From Octopus vulgaris (lineage: Eukaryota): a DNA stretch of 64,000 bases. The stretch's first letter is position 1, and the number at the start of each line of letters is the position of its first letter. Made by a program: the position numbers and the translations under genes. Below, piece by piece: positions 40,191 through 52,063 of the stretch. The stretch covers positions 70,742,001 to 70,806,000 of the forward strand of contig OX597816.1 in assembly GCA_951406725.2 (NCBI GenBank), given 5' to 3'. The notes under the pieces were generated by a model. The model searched no databases. It saw only the letters and a program-made list of their open reading frames with translations, and had not been told where the DNA came from.

Positions 40191-40267
40191 GGCAAGGGCA
40201 GTGCTTTAAGGAGAGTGAACTGGAATGACTGGTTCTTTGAGACTGGAATGCCAGCAGTACCGATATC
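40191..40267 (+). CDS. LTA4H: LTA4H exon (GKGSALRRVNWNDWFFETGMPAVPI)
   Basis: gtaagt donor; VxWxxWxxxxGxP motif; acceptor is either 40191 or the in-frame 40197. Confidence 0.85.
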
Positions 40268-40500
40268 GTAAGTATTTCTTACATTTAACCTCCACAGTTT
40301 CTCCTCTGCAGAATTGGTTAGACTATGGACAAAGTAATTTATCGTAGTTTGCATCTCTTCCTGTCCTGAGTTCAAATCCTATTGCGTACTGGGGTCGATC
40401 CAATCGACAGCCCCCTCCCCAAGAATTTCAGGCCTTGTGTGTAGAGCAGAAAAGAATATTTCTATTATCCTTAATAATGATATTATTATCACATTGTTAG

Positions 40501-40651
40501 GTATCAGTCATGCCTTGCTGATGCTTGCCAGCAACTAAGTGAAAGATGGTGTTCAACTGGAGACAGTAACTTTGGACAGTTCTCTTCATCAGATCTTGAC
40601 CAATTCTCCACTCCACAGACGTTGGAATTCCTCAACCAGTTGATGGAACAG
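40501..40651 (+). CDS. LTA4H: LTA4H exon (YQSCLADACQQLSERW...QTLEFLNQLMEQ)
   Basis: gttag/gtaaag, 151 bp, phase compatible. Confidence 0.92.
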
Positions 40652-40679
40652 GTAAAGCTTGAAAAATTCAAACTCTTTA

Positions 40680-41110
40680 TCCTCTCTTCTTCCCTTTCTT
40701 CTCTTTCCTCCCTTTTCTCCTCCTCTCCTTTCCTCTTCCTCCCCTTCTCCTTTCTTCTTCCTCTCTCCCCTCCCCCTCTTCTGCCCTTTCTTCTTCCCTT
40801 CTCTCTGCCTCCTCTTTACTCTTCTTTTTTTTCCCTTCTCTCTCCCTCCTTTTACTTTTTCGTTTTCCCTCCTCCTCCTTTCCTTTCCTCTTCCTCCACT
40901 TCTCCTTTCCTCTTCCTCCCCTTCTCCTTTCTTATTCCTCCCTTCCCTCCCCCTCTTCTTCCCTTCTATCTGCCTCCTCTTTACTCTTCCTTTTTCCCTT
41001 CTCTCTCCCTCCTTCCTTTCCTCTTTTCTCTCCCCCTTCCTTTCCCCTACATCTTCCCCTCAACTTTCCCCATCCCCTCTTCTCATCCTTCTACTCTCCT
41101 TCCTCCCCTT
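40680..41110 (+). repeat. Polypyrimidine (C/T) tract with an internal duplication
   Basis: TCTCCTTTCCTCTTCCTCCCCTTCTCCTTTCTT occurs at ~40724 and ~40901. Confidence 0.9.
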
Positions 41111-41599
41111 CTTCATGTCTTTTGTTTTAAACATGAGCTTAAACATCATTCATCATAAGATGCCAAATCATTAGAGTGTGGGGCAAAATGCTTTGCAGTA
41201 TTCAATCTGGCTTTCAGTATTACTAAGTTCAAATCCTCACTCACTATTTCCCACTATCACCAAACCTATTCTGTGTTTTCAACTCTTTCTCCTCCTTCTA
41301 TCACCCCTATAATGTCTTTATCCACGCCAATCCATACTGACTTGACCACAACTCCATCTCGAGAACTTCCTTTCGGACAGTGTCCTGATGAGCCATTTAA
41401 GCTAACAGCATATGAAGGCCATGGGCTTTTCCTCTTTTGCTTGCATTTACCATAAGAAAATCACCACCATTATCATCACTCTTACCAAAACCGCCATCAC
41501 TAGCATCATCATTATCATAACCAACAGTAGCCTACATTTTTACAAAGACCTTAAGATTTTGAAATGTCCAGTATAATGTGCTCTCTCTTTTGCTCACAG

Positions 41600-41682
41600 G
41601 ACCCCTTTAGTTTGACCAAGATTGCTCATATGGAATCGGCATATCACTTATTTTCTCAGGGAAACTCAGAGATACTGTTTCG
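41600..41682 (+). CDS. LTA4H: LTA4H exon (DPFSLTKIAHMESAYHLFSQGNSEILFR)
   Basis: cacag/gtaagt, 83 bp; NSEIxFRW motif. Confidence 0.94.
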
Positions 41683-41767
41683 GTAAGTATATATTCATAA
41701 TGCATTTTCTCAATTTCTACAAACAGATGTAGCATATTTATATAATAATAATAATAGTATATATGTA

Positions 41768-41819
<52 letters not shown>

Positions 41820-42031
41820 ATATTAATGATTCTGTAGAGAGCCAGGTCCTCAAATGATGTGCACCAGGTTGATTTGAATTAACCTTTAAGCAGGTTGTGG
41901 ACAGAGAATTTAACCCATACAAGTATTTAATGCCCAGTGCATGTTTTGCTAATCCAAAGTACACATTGTATTGATCACACGGTGTTTGGTATACTCTAGG
42001 ATGTCCAATGGGTTGTGAATCCCTTTTGGTG

Positions 42032-42095
<64 letters not shown>

Positions 42096-42320
42096 GGTGG
42101 CACGTAAAAAGCACCCACTACACTCACGGAGTGGTTGGCGTTAGGAAGGGCATCCAGCCGTAGAAACACTGCCAGATCTGACTGGGCCTGATGAAGTCTT
42201 CTGGCTTCACAGACCCCAGTTGAACCGTCCAACCCATGCTAGCATGGAAAACGGATGCTAAACGATGATGATGATGATATATATATATATATATATGTAT
42301 AGACAGATGGATAGATAGAA

Positions 42321-42737
42321 AAGGCAGGAAGCTGGCAGAAACGTTAGCACGCCGGGCAAAATGCTTAGTGGTATTTCGTCTGCCGTTACGTTCTGAGTTC
42401 AAATTCCGCCGAGGTCAACTTTGTCTTTCATCCTTTTGGGGTCGATTAAATAAGTACCAGTTACGCACTGGGGTCGATATAATCGACTTAATCCGTTTGT
42501 CTGTCCTTGTTTGTCCTCTCTGTGTTTAGCCCTTGTGAGTAGTAAAGAAATAGGTATTTCGTTTGTCTGTACGTTCTGAGTTCAAATTCCGCCAAGGTCG
42601 ACTTTGCCTTTCATCCTTTTGGGGTCATAAATTAAGTACCAGTTACGCACTGAGGTTGATGTAATTGACTTAATCCCTTTGTCTGACCTTGTTTGTCCCC
42701 TCAATGTTTAGCCCCTTGTGGGCAATAAAAAAATAAG
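42321..42737 (+). mobile_element. SINE family B with duplicated 3' half
   Basis: GGCGGCGAGCTGGCAGAA..GAGTTCAAATTCC Pol III-type head, GCCTTTCATCCTTTCGGGGTCGAT central domain; copies at 3570, 4337, 18022, 25400, 52920-54003, 57440-59010. Confidence 0.8.
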
Positions 42738-43818
42738 ATAGATAGATAGATACAGATATATCTACAATATTGGAGCAAATGTGTGGTGTTGCTGTTACAT
42801 TTCTCTTGTGAACAAATCACCTGCTCCCTTAAAAATCTCAGGGAACAAAAGATCCCTTACTTGAAAAACAGTGAAAGGTTAGTGACATGAAGAGCATCTG
42901 GCTGTAAATCAGTTCCTTAATAACATAATTGTCCCAATCCATGCATGCATTTAAAAACAGGCATAAAACAGATGAAGAATTTTTTTTTTTTGAGTGTGGT
43001 GAGGAAGAACACAATAACACGAAGGAGAAGGACAGAGTTAGGAGGAATGAACTTATGTATAAAGAGGTGGCACACAGTTCAGGTAAACAGAGGCCATTAG
43101 AATAGTGATAGAAATGGAGATAGAAAGAGGAGACAGTATGGTTGATATCCTTTTGGGAAGTTAAAAATTTTTACATTGTTTTATACTTTTATTTGTTTCA
43201 GTCATTTGACTGCGGCCATGCTGGAGCACCGCCTTTAGTCGAGCAAATTGACCCCGGGACTTATTCTTTGTAAGCCTAGTACTTATTCTGTCGGTCTCTC
43301 TTGCCGAACCGCTAGGTGACGGGGACGTAAACACTCCAGCATTGGTTGTCAAGCGATGTTGGGGGGACAAACACAGACACACAAACATATACATCATCAT
43401 CATCATCATCATCGTTTAACGTCCGCTTTCCATGCTAGCATGGGTTGGACGGTTCAACTGGGGTCTGGCAAGCCCGAAGGCTGCACCAGGCCAGTCAGAT
43501 ATGGCAGTGTTTCTACAGCTGGATGCCCTTCCTAATATATATATATGACGGGCTTCTTTCAGTTTCCGTCTACCAAATCCACTCACAAGGCTTTGGTTGG
43601 CTCGAGGCTATAGTAGAAGACGCTTGCTCAAGGTGCCACACAGTGGGACTGAACCCGGAACCATGTGGTTGGTAAGCAAGCTACTTACCACACAGCCACT
43701 CCTGCACCTATATGTATTTATTTTTTTGTGGTTGTATTTTCAGCTTTGTTTAGTATCTGTATGCATTTTAGTTCTTAATGTTTGTTTTCTCATGTGATCT
43801 TTATTTTCAAACATGCAG

Positions 43819-43923
43819 GTGGTTAAGACTTTGTCTGCGAGCTAAATGGAACAAGTGCATTCCTCATGCTGTTAGCTTCATTAATAAACAAGGCCGGTTG
43901 AAATTTCTCCTACCAATATACGA
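43819..43923 (+). CDS. LTA4H: LTA4H exon (WLRLCLRAKW...KQGRLKFLLPIY)
   Basis: tgcag/gtaaat, 105 bp; QGRxKF carboxylate-binding motif. Confidence 0.94.
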
Positions 43924-44201
43924 GTAAATATCACTTTATTTCTATTCTATTTCTAATCTTTTATTTCTATTTCTATTATTATTATTATTTCTATTCCTCT
44001 CTTTTGTTTCCTTTCCAGTTTCTTCTGTGTCTCTCTCTTACAGCTCCTCCCTTTTCATTTTTTATATTTTTCTCTCTCTCTTATTATAAGCCAGTGCAGA
44101 TAACTTATCATTCGTTATTGCAATCATTATTATTTAATCCTTCAGCATTCTTTTTCTCATACTGGCATGATGAAACTTTGTGGGTGAGAGGTAGCTGCTA
44201 C

Positions 44202-44526
44202 TGCTGTTGCTGTTAAGCGTAGCGGTCTGCGTCCAGTGGGAGAAGTCCGACACATGGTCCTTTGCTATTTGTAAGACCCGCAGAAGAGAAAGCAGGTCAA
44301 CCCCCGACACCGAGAGCATCGACGGATGGATGAATGCGCATCCAGGCTCAGCGGTTGCGTAGGAAGTCGGGGACGGAGCGAAAGAGTACAACAGGGGTCA
44401 CCACCACCCCCTGCTTGAGCCTCATGAAGCTTTAGGTGTTTTCACTCAAACACCCGGTCTGAGAATCGAAACCGCGATCCTCCGACCGCGAGTCTGCTGC
44501 CCTAACCATTGGGCCATTGCGCCTCC
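44202..44526 (-). mobile_element. tRNA-derived SINE family C, second copy
   Basis: High identity to 13834-14213 with small deletions. Confidence 0.85.
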
Positions 44527-45875
44527 ACTGCTGCTGCTGTCTCAGCAGTGTCAGAAGGATGGTGAGGTGTCTTCTGTGAAAGCAGTTGCTGTCTTGTTTG
44601 TCTCTCTCCCTGCTGTTTCCAGTTCCCCACCCCGAGTAGGTGGCTGTCATAATGTGTAACTCTCTGCAACGAAGATAATGGCGACAGATGACGTTTTCAT
44701 GTCATGATACCCCAAAAAAATATTAAATATCATCATCATCATCATTTAACGTCAGCTTTCCATGCTAGCATGGGTTGGATGATTTGACTGAGGGCTGGCG
44801 AACCAGATGGCTGCGCCAGGCTCCAATCTGATCTGGCAGAGTTTATACAGCTGGCTGCCCTTCCTAATGCCAACCACTCCGAGAGTGTAGTGGGTGCTTT
44901 TAAAGTGCCACCGGCACGAGGGCCAGTCTGGTGGTACTGGCAATGGCCACGCTCGAAAATGGTGTTTTTTACGTGACACCTGCACAGGAGTCAGTCTAGC
45001 AACACTGGCAACAGCCTCACTCGAATGTTTTGTTCACGTGCCAGTGAGGCAACACTGACAATGATCACGCTCAAATGGTGCTCTTCATGTGCCAGACAGC
45101 TGCTCTGGCAGTGATCCCGCTTGGATGGAGCTGTTAGCGCTCCGCTGGCATGGGTGCCAGTCATCGAATTTGGTTCAATTTCGATTTCAAATTAGATGAC
45201 TGGCATCCAAATATATTCTTATAAAACCACTTCTCATATGATCCCCTCATTTGAGGGGCCTCACTGTAGAAGTATGAGACTTAGTGGTTAGGGTGTTGGT
45301 TGTAGGTGCACCCGGCCCAAATACCTGTGAGAGGAATGCAAGTTTGCAACATAATGAAATGCTCTAAAGTCACCCAAGTACCAAGTGGTCATCTTGTTAA
45401 GCCACAGGCCAATTCTAACAATGACTATGCCGTCATCATCATCCTTAAACACCCATTGTCATGGGTTGGACAGATTGACAGGATCTGGTGAGCTGCAAGG
45501 CTGCATTGTGCTCCATGTTAGCTTTGACATAGCTTTTGGATGTCTTTCCTAACACCAACAACTTTATAGTGTGTACTGGATGCTTTTTTTCATGCCACCT
45601 GTATTAATGCTGTTGCCAGGTAATTTGCCAAATAAGAAAGAACAAGAAAAGGAAAGAGAAGGAAGAAGTCCCCCCAGTGGGCTAAGTGACAGGAATATTT
45701 AATAGGGTGGAGAGATGGCTTTGTTCCATGACAAGCAGAGGTGTCTTGCTCTTGAGAATATACATTGCTACCCTGCATTATCAAGGGCTGTTTCTTTTAA
45801 TATACTTTTCAGACAGTGCATCTATGTTTTGTTATGAAATTACCTAATTATCTCTCTTCTTTGTCTCGTTTACAG

Positions 45876-45993
45876 ACTTCTGTATCAGTGGGAAGACACC
45901 AGACAATTGGCAATTGATAATTTCCAAGAACACAAAGAGGAGATGCACAATTTAGCTGTCACAAAGATTTCTAAAATGTTGAAACTTACATAA
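45876..45993 (+). CDS. LTA4H: LTA4H terminal coding exon (LLYQWEDTRQLAIDNFQEHKEEMHNLAVTKISKMLKLT*)
   Basis: tacag acceptor, TAA at 45991-45993; resembles the LTA4H C-terminus; candidate AATAAA at 46460 and 48036. Confidence 0.92.
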
Positions 45994-48900
45994 TTATTAT
46001 AAAATCCTGTTTTTTTTCCCCTTTTGATTTTTTTTTCCAAGTCAAATTTTTTGTTTTACTTAATCAGATTCCTGTTTTAAAAAGTTCATTCTGGAATAGA
46101 AAAATCCCTCAAGGTTTAATGGAAAAACTAAAAGAAAATTTTTATAACTTTAATTATAATTTCAATGATACTATTTTTGCGTAAAGACCTCGGAATTTGT
46201 TTTAACACTCATGGCATTTTTAAAGAATCCCAATAATTAGCAATAACAAAGAAGCAGCCACCATTTGTTTTGATCCTGACCTCACAAAGTATAAGAGACG
46301 CTCCAGTATGTTGAGAACTATAGAGAATTTTCCTTAAATTGATATATAATCCAATAACATTACAAGCTGCTTGCTTCTGCAGAGATCCTATGGATAGCAG
46401 AGGTCTTAATGATTGGTAAACTGCATGATTTCACAATGTCTAAAACATAATGCCTATATAATAAATGGCTAGTATATTTTTATATGAGGCAAGCACTGTG
46501 GTACAGTGGTAATGTTACAAGTCTGCAACTCCATTGTGCTTTTTCTACCTTTTTTTTTTTTTGATGTGGTATGCATATGGCAACACAATTTCTTTTTATT
46601 CCTCTCCACTCTCTTTTTTAGGCTTTGTATCTATATAATATATTGCTATATTTCATACATAAAGGTGCAGGAGTGGCTGTGGTAAGTAGCTTGCTTACCA
46701 ACCACATGGTTCTGGGTTCAGTCCCACTGCGTGGTACCTTGGGCAAGCGTCTTCTACTATAGCCTCGGGCCGACCAAAGCCTTGTGAGTGGATTTGGTAG
46801 ACGGAAACTGAAAGAAGTGCGTTGTATATATGTGTATATATATATATATGTTTGTGTTTGTCCCCACAACATCGCATGACAACCGATGCTGGTGTGTTTG
46901 CATCCCCGTAACTTAGCGGTTCGGCCAAAGAGACCGATAGAATAAGACCTGGGGTCGACTTGTTCGACTAAAGGCGGTGCTCCAGCATGGCTGCAGTCAA
47001 ATGACTGAAACAAGTAAAAGAATAAAAAAGTATAAAAGGAAAACTAATGGTGAATTGGGGAAAAATAAGGTTGTTGATCTTACTTTATGTATATCTTGTG
47101 CGTACAATTAGACGTACCACTGCAACTGATGAACTTGGAGCTCGATGTACAGTATCATCATCTAGTCTACAATCAGTGTGGTGGTGTGGTTACTACCGCA
47201 CTTAACAGTGTTACCAATTATGATATACAGAGCAAATATGTGTCATAATTTATCTTACACTTGCTGTTTGTCCTCACATACACATATATGTAAATATATG
47301 TTATTGTAAATTGGTGACCACCACTTCTACCGATGCCATAACAACCTAATTTTATGTACCAATATTGATGTTTCTCTCTACACACATACACATATAATGG
47401 GGGTTATGTATCTCTTAACAATTTCCTCTATTGGTGGTAACATTCAGGAGTTATTCTCTCCTTAGCTTAAAACTTTTTTCCCTGCAATTTTTTGCCTCAG
47501 CTGTAATTAAAGATTAAATTTTCATAACCTAAAATGTTATTTCCATATCGGATACGAAAATGGAATATTTTTTCTATAACTTTTTTTACAGTTTTTTCTT
47601 TTTTTTTTACAAAGAAATTTACACTTGGCTATATCCTTTTTTTTTATGTTTAATTACATAGTAAGTGTTTTAACAACATGCAAAGTGTTTTGGTATGCTA
47701 TCTAAGCTTTAAGACATGTATTTAAAATATAATGATATATCTTCTTTGTACTCATACTGGAATTGGAGATGACAAAATTTTATATAAATCAGATGTACTG
47801 GGAGTGTTGTTATGACTAAATTATTGTCTTTTAAATGGAGAAGAGCACATTTTAAGAAATTCAAACTATTTTTATATGCATATATATATATATTTACATT
47901 GTTTTTCTCTTACAATACATTCCAGTATATTCTATTAAGTATTCTGCCGAAAATGCCTTTCACACTCTTGCTTAAACTTTGTGTATGATATATGTATATA
48001 GCATGCACTTTTGAAGGCTTCCAAACAGAAATTTTAATAAAAAAAAACACACATATCTTACTCACAGGTTAATATATTTTGTTTTACATCCATTTTTAAG
48101 GTGGAAAATTGTAAGTGTCATTAGAGTGTTGGGTAGAATGAATACCATGTTGTATTTGTTCTGAGTTCAAATCCTGCCATGGTCAACTTTGCCTTTCCTC
48201 CTTTCAGTGGGGGGTTGATAAACGTGTACCAATGCAGGGCAGTGACTTGATGGAATTGTCAGAGCATCAGACAGGATCAATTGCAGTGTTTCAGCTCTGT
48301 GCATTTCAAGTTCAAATCCTGCCCCTGTCATCTAAAAACTGGCACTTCTGTCAGGTGTTGTGACCGACAGATAATTTGAAAAATAATCAATGGAAATGTA
48401 ATTTCCTTGGTTTAATTAGAACAGCAATAGCCACCTCCACCACATCCATTCTCCTTTGCTAGCATGGGGAGGATGGTTTTGTACATTTGAACATTTTTGT
48501 ATTATTTGAGAAGATGGTTTTTATAGTTGTTATATGTTCTCACAATGTTGGAACATCTTGATTGGTCAGGCAACATAATTATGTCTTCATTTAATATCAT
48601 CAACTGCATTGGCTATAACGAAGTCAGAGCTCTCAGCCGTGTAGTCAGTAGCTTAGCATTATATAACCACCTCCACTGCTACCAACACATATACTACTAA
48701 TTACTATATTTTAATAAATTCACTTACAAATGCAACATCCGCAGAGATAAGATAGTAGCCATCACAGTTAACAAAACAAAAGTACATAAACAGCTCTGAT
48801 TCTGTATGTTATTTTTCTAAGTCCTTCTCGATAATAAACTGAACTTCTCACTGTATTCTGACGAAGAATCCACTTATATGTTGTTTTAATTATATAGAGT

Positions 48901-50651
48901 AATAAAACAATAGTTAATTGTTGCTTTTATCTTCCTCATTACCAACGTCATATCAGGGGTTTTTTACCATATGTCACACATCTTATCGAGATATATGTAT
49001 TATTTTAATAAGTCTGACAAGAATATGTTATCAATAAATTCATGTCTGAAACTGAAAATTAAAAGGCATAATTTTGATATCAACATTTTTTTAAAAAAAG
49101 TATAAATTCTAAGCCCCAATTTCTAATTAATCTTGTTTGTGTATTTAATTAAAATAAGAGTTCAAAGATTTAAAACTGAAAATTTAATGCTGGTCTAGAA
49201 TCTTTTTTAAAATAATATCAGAATATCCCTAAAGGTGGTGCTCCAGCATGGCCGCAGTCAAATGACTGAAACAAGTAAAAGAGAATGTAAGTTGAAAAAA
49301 AAAAAAATTCTTATCAAAAATATTCTTAGCATGTCTTTTTAATGGTTGAACGATTTCCTTCAAATCTTGATTTGTTTTTCTTATTTCCTGTTTAATTCCA
49401 AACTTTGCAGATTTCCAAATTTTGGTTATTGTAGTTAATGTTATGAGAAATAAATTTGTTTTGCTTGTTATTTTATAGACATTTTTATTTATTCATTTCT
49501 TTTCTTAATTTTTTTTTTTTTTTATTTTACTAAGTTTCGGTTTTATATCATTTGGCCTAATGTGTTTGTATAGCTATGCGGTTAAGAAGTTTGCTCCCTA
49601 ACCACATGGTTTCAGGTTCAGTCCCACTGTATGACACCTTGGGCAAGTTTAGTCTACTGTAGCCATGGGCCAACTGAAGGCTTTGTGAGTGGATTTGTTT
49701 GTTATCATCATTGTTGTTTAACATTCGCTTTCCATGCTGGCATGGATTGGACAGTTTGACTGAGGATTGGCAAGCCAGGCTCCAATCTGATTTGACAGAG
49801 TTTCTACAGCTGGATGCCCTTCCTAATGCCAGCCACTCTGAGAATGTAGTGGGTGCTCATTATGTGGCACAAGAGACAGTCAGGTGGCACTGGCATCGAC
49901 CACGCTTGAATGGTGCTTTTTACATGCCACTGGCACAGTTGGTTACTGGGGTTGATGAAATCAACTTCCTCCCTCCACCAAATTTGCTGGCCTTGTGCCA
50001 AAATTTGAAATCAATATTTGTGTCGCGATACCTTTGTTTTTTCAATTACTTTTGAAAATAATGGCTGTGTGGTAAGTAGCTTGCTTACCAACCACATGGT
50101 TCTGGGTTCATTCCCACTGCATGGCACCTTTAGCAAATGTCTTCTACTACAGCCTCGGGCTGACCAAAGCCTTGTGAGTGGATTTAGTAGATGGAAACTA
50201 AAAGAAGCCCGTCGTATATTTATATATGTTTGTGTGTCTGTATATGTCCCCCACCAACATAGCTTGACAACCGATGGCGGTGTGTTTACATCCCCGTAAC
50301 TTAGCGGTTCGGCAAAAGAGACCGATAGAATAAGTACTAGGCTTCCAAAGAATAAGTCCTGAGGTTGATTTGCTCGACTAAAGGCAGTGCTCCAGCATGG
50401 CCGCAGTCAAATGACTGAAACAAGTAAAAGAGTAAAAAAAGTAGAGTAAGAATATTTAGCCATATGATTTGCACATTATTAATCTTTTCAATACCAACCT
50501 GCCTGAGATCAGCCCTGGTTCTAGGATACAAACTTTCTGTTTTGAAGTGATCTAAATTAAAAAAATTTCATCCAAATTTCTTCTTAATTAATGTTTGAAG
50601 CACCCGCTTCATAAATTCTTTGTTATTTTCAAAAATAATTGAAACTAAGAC

Positions 50652-50878
50652 ACATGGCGTAGTGGTTAAGAGCATGGGCTACTAACCTTAAGATTCCAAT
50701 CCCAGGTTATGACCTCAACGACGATGACAATGATGATGTTGATGCCGCCGATACCTCAGAAATGTAAACCCAGGTTCAAAATTCCCCCAGGGCACCTGAT
50801 GAAGGCTGGAGAGTACATCAGCCAAAACGTGTTAACAAACAAGATGAGGCCAAATATCCGTCAAATGCAAATAATGTA
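50652..50878 (+). mobile_element. Single copy of the tRNA-head/hammerhead-tail element
   Basis: ATGGCGTAGTGGTTAAGAGC head, anticodon-like arm, CTGATGAAGGCTG...CAGCC, same 3' region as 56700-56805. Confidence 0.7.
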
Positions 50879-51138
50879 TTTTGTTTTGGGATTTGGTTTG
50901 CAAAATTCTTTATATGAGTTCGTGTGTTGAAGCATATTCTGTTGTGTCTGGGGAGAGTCATTCTCTTTTTGTGCCTTATAATTTAACAGACTCACCGGTA
51001 AAATTTTGAGAGCCAAGACTATTGAAAAGGTTGCAAGACGTAATGAAAATTTTAGGAAAATAAAAATAAGTGGAAATTTTATCGGTGACTTAAATTATAA
51101 GGCACAAAAAGAAAATGACTCTCCCCAGACACAACAGC
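50879..51138. mobile_element. Second copy of the 16553-family palindromic element
   Basis: Same outer ends as 16553-16853 but a different inversion point; flanks AAATAA(T/A)GTA at 50869 and 51139. Confidence 0.75.
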
Positions 51139-51957
51139 AAATAAAGTAAATCATCATCATCATCGTTTAGCATCCGCTTTCCATGCTAGCATGGGTTGGA
51201 CAGTTCAACTGGGGTCTGGGAAGCCAGAAGGTTGCACCAGGCCCAGTCTGATCTGGCAATGTTTCTATGGCTGGATGCCGTAGAAACATTGCCAGATTTA
51301 CCATCCGAGCATGATCGTTGCCAGAGCGGCTAACTAGCTTCCATGCAGGTGGCATGTAGGAGGCACCATTCGAGTGGGATCATTACCAGCATTGCCTTAC
51401 TGGCACCTGTGCCGTTGGCATGTGTAAAAAGATTTGAGCAAGGTCGTTGCCAGTACCGCCTGACTGGCCCTCGTGCCGATGGCACGTAAAAGCACCCACT
51501 GCACACTCGGAGTGGTTGGCGTTAGGAAGGGCATCCAGCCGTAGAAACTGCTAGATCAAGACTGGAGCATGGTGCAGCCATCTGGTTCGCCAGCCCTCAG
51601 TCGAACCATCAAACCCATGCTAGCATGGAAAACGACGATGATGATATTTGCATGTATGTTTCAAAATTGCACAAAAAAATAAAGACAGGTGAGGAAACGA
51701 CAATCAAGGTGTATTAGTTTTGATGCACACAAAAAATGGGTCTTTGATATTTCGATCCTTGTGTGTGTATATTTGCTCACCGCTGCCACCACCACTTGAC
51801 AACTGGTGTTAGTTTGTTTACCACCCCGTAACTTAGCAGTCTGGCAAAAGAATCAATGAAATAAGTACAGAGGTTGGTTGGTATGTTCAGTTAAAACCTG
51901 CATGTTCATATTTCAATGACTGAAGCAAAAGATAAAAGATATCAGACCCATTACATC

Positions 51958-51963
51958 TTTATT
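51958..51963 (-). promoter_or_regulatory. Candidate RFC4 polyadenylation signal AATAAA
   Basis: TTTATT on +, ~100 nt downstream of the RFC4 stop. Confidence 0.5.
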
Positions 51964-52063
51964 AAGGCAGTTCTCATTCTCTCTCTCTCGTGAAGTTAAA
52001 TGTATGAAAATATGTTTTTTTTTTCTTCTTTCTCTTTTTCATTTGCAAGAAGCAAAGAATGTC

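Noticed and set aside
40622-41174. 178 aa and 171 aa P/L/F/S-rich ORFs
   Set aside because: Polypyrimidine tract read through from an exon; the canonical donor is at 40652.
47120-48870. Isolated CTGATGA/CTGACGA heptamers (47126, 48858)
   Set aside because: No stem II or GAAA partner nearby; expected by chance.
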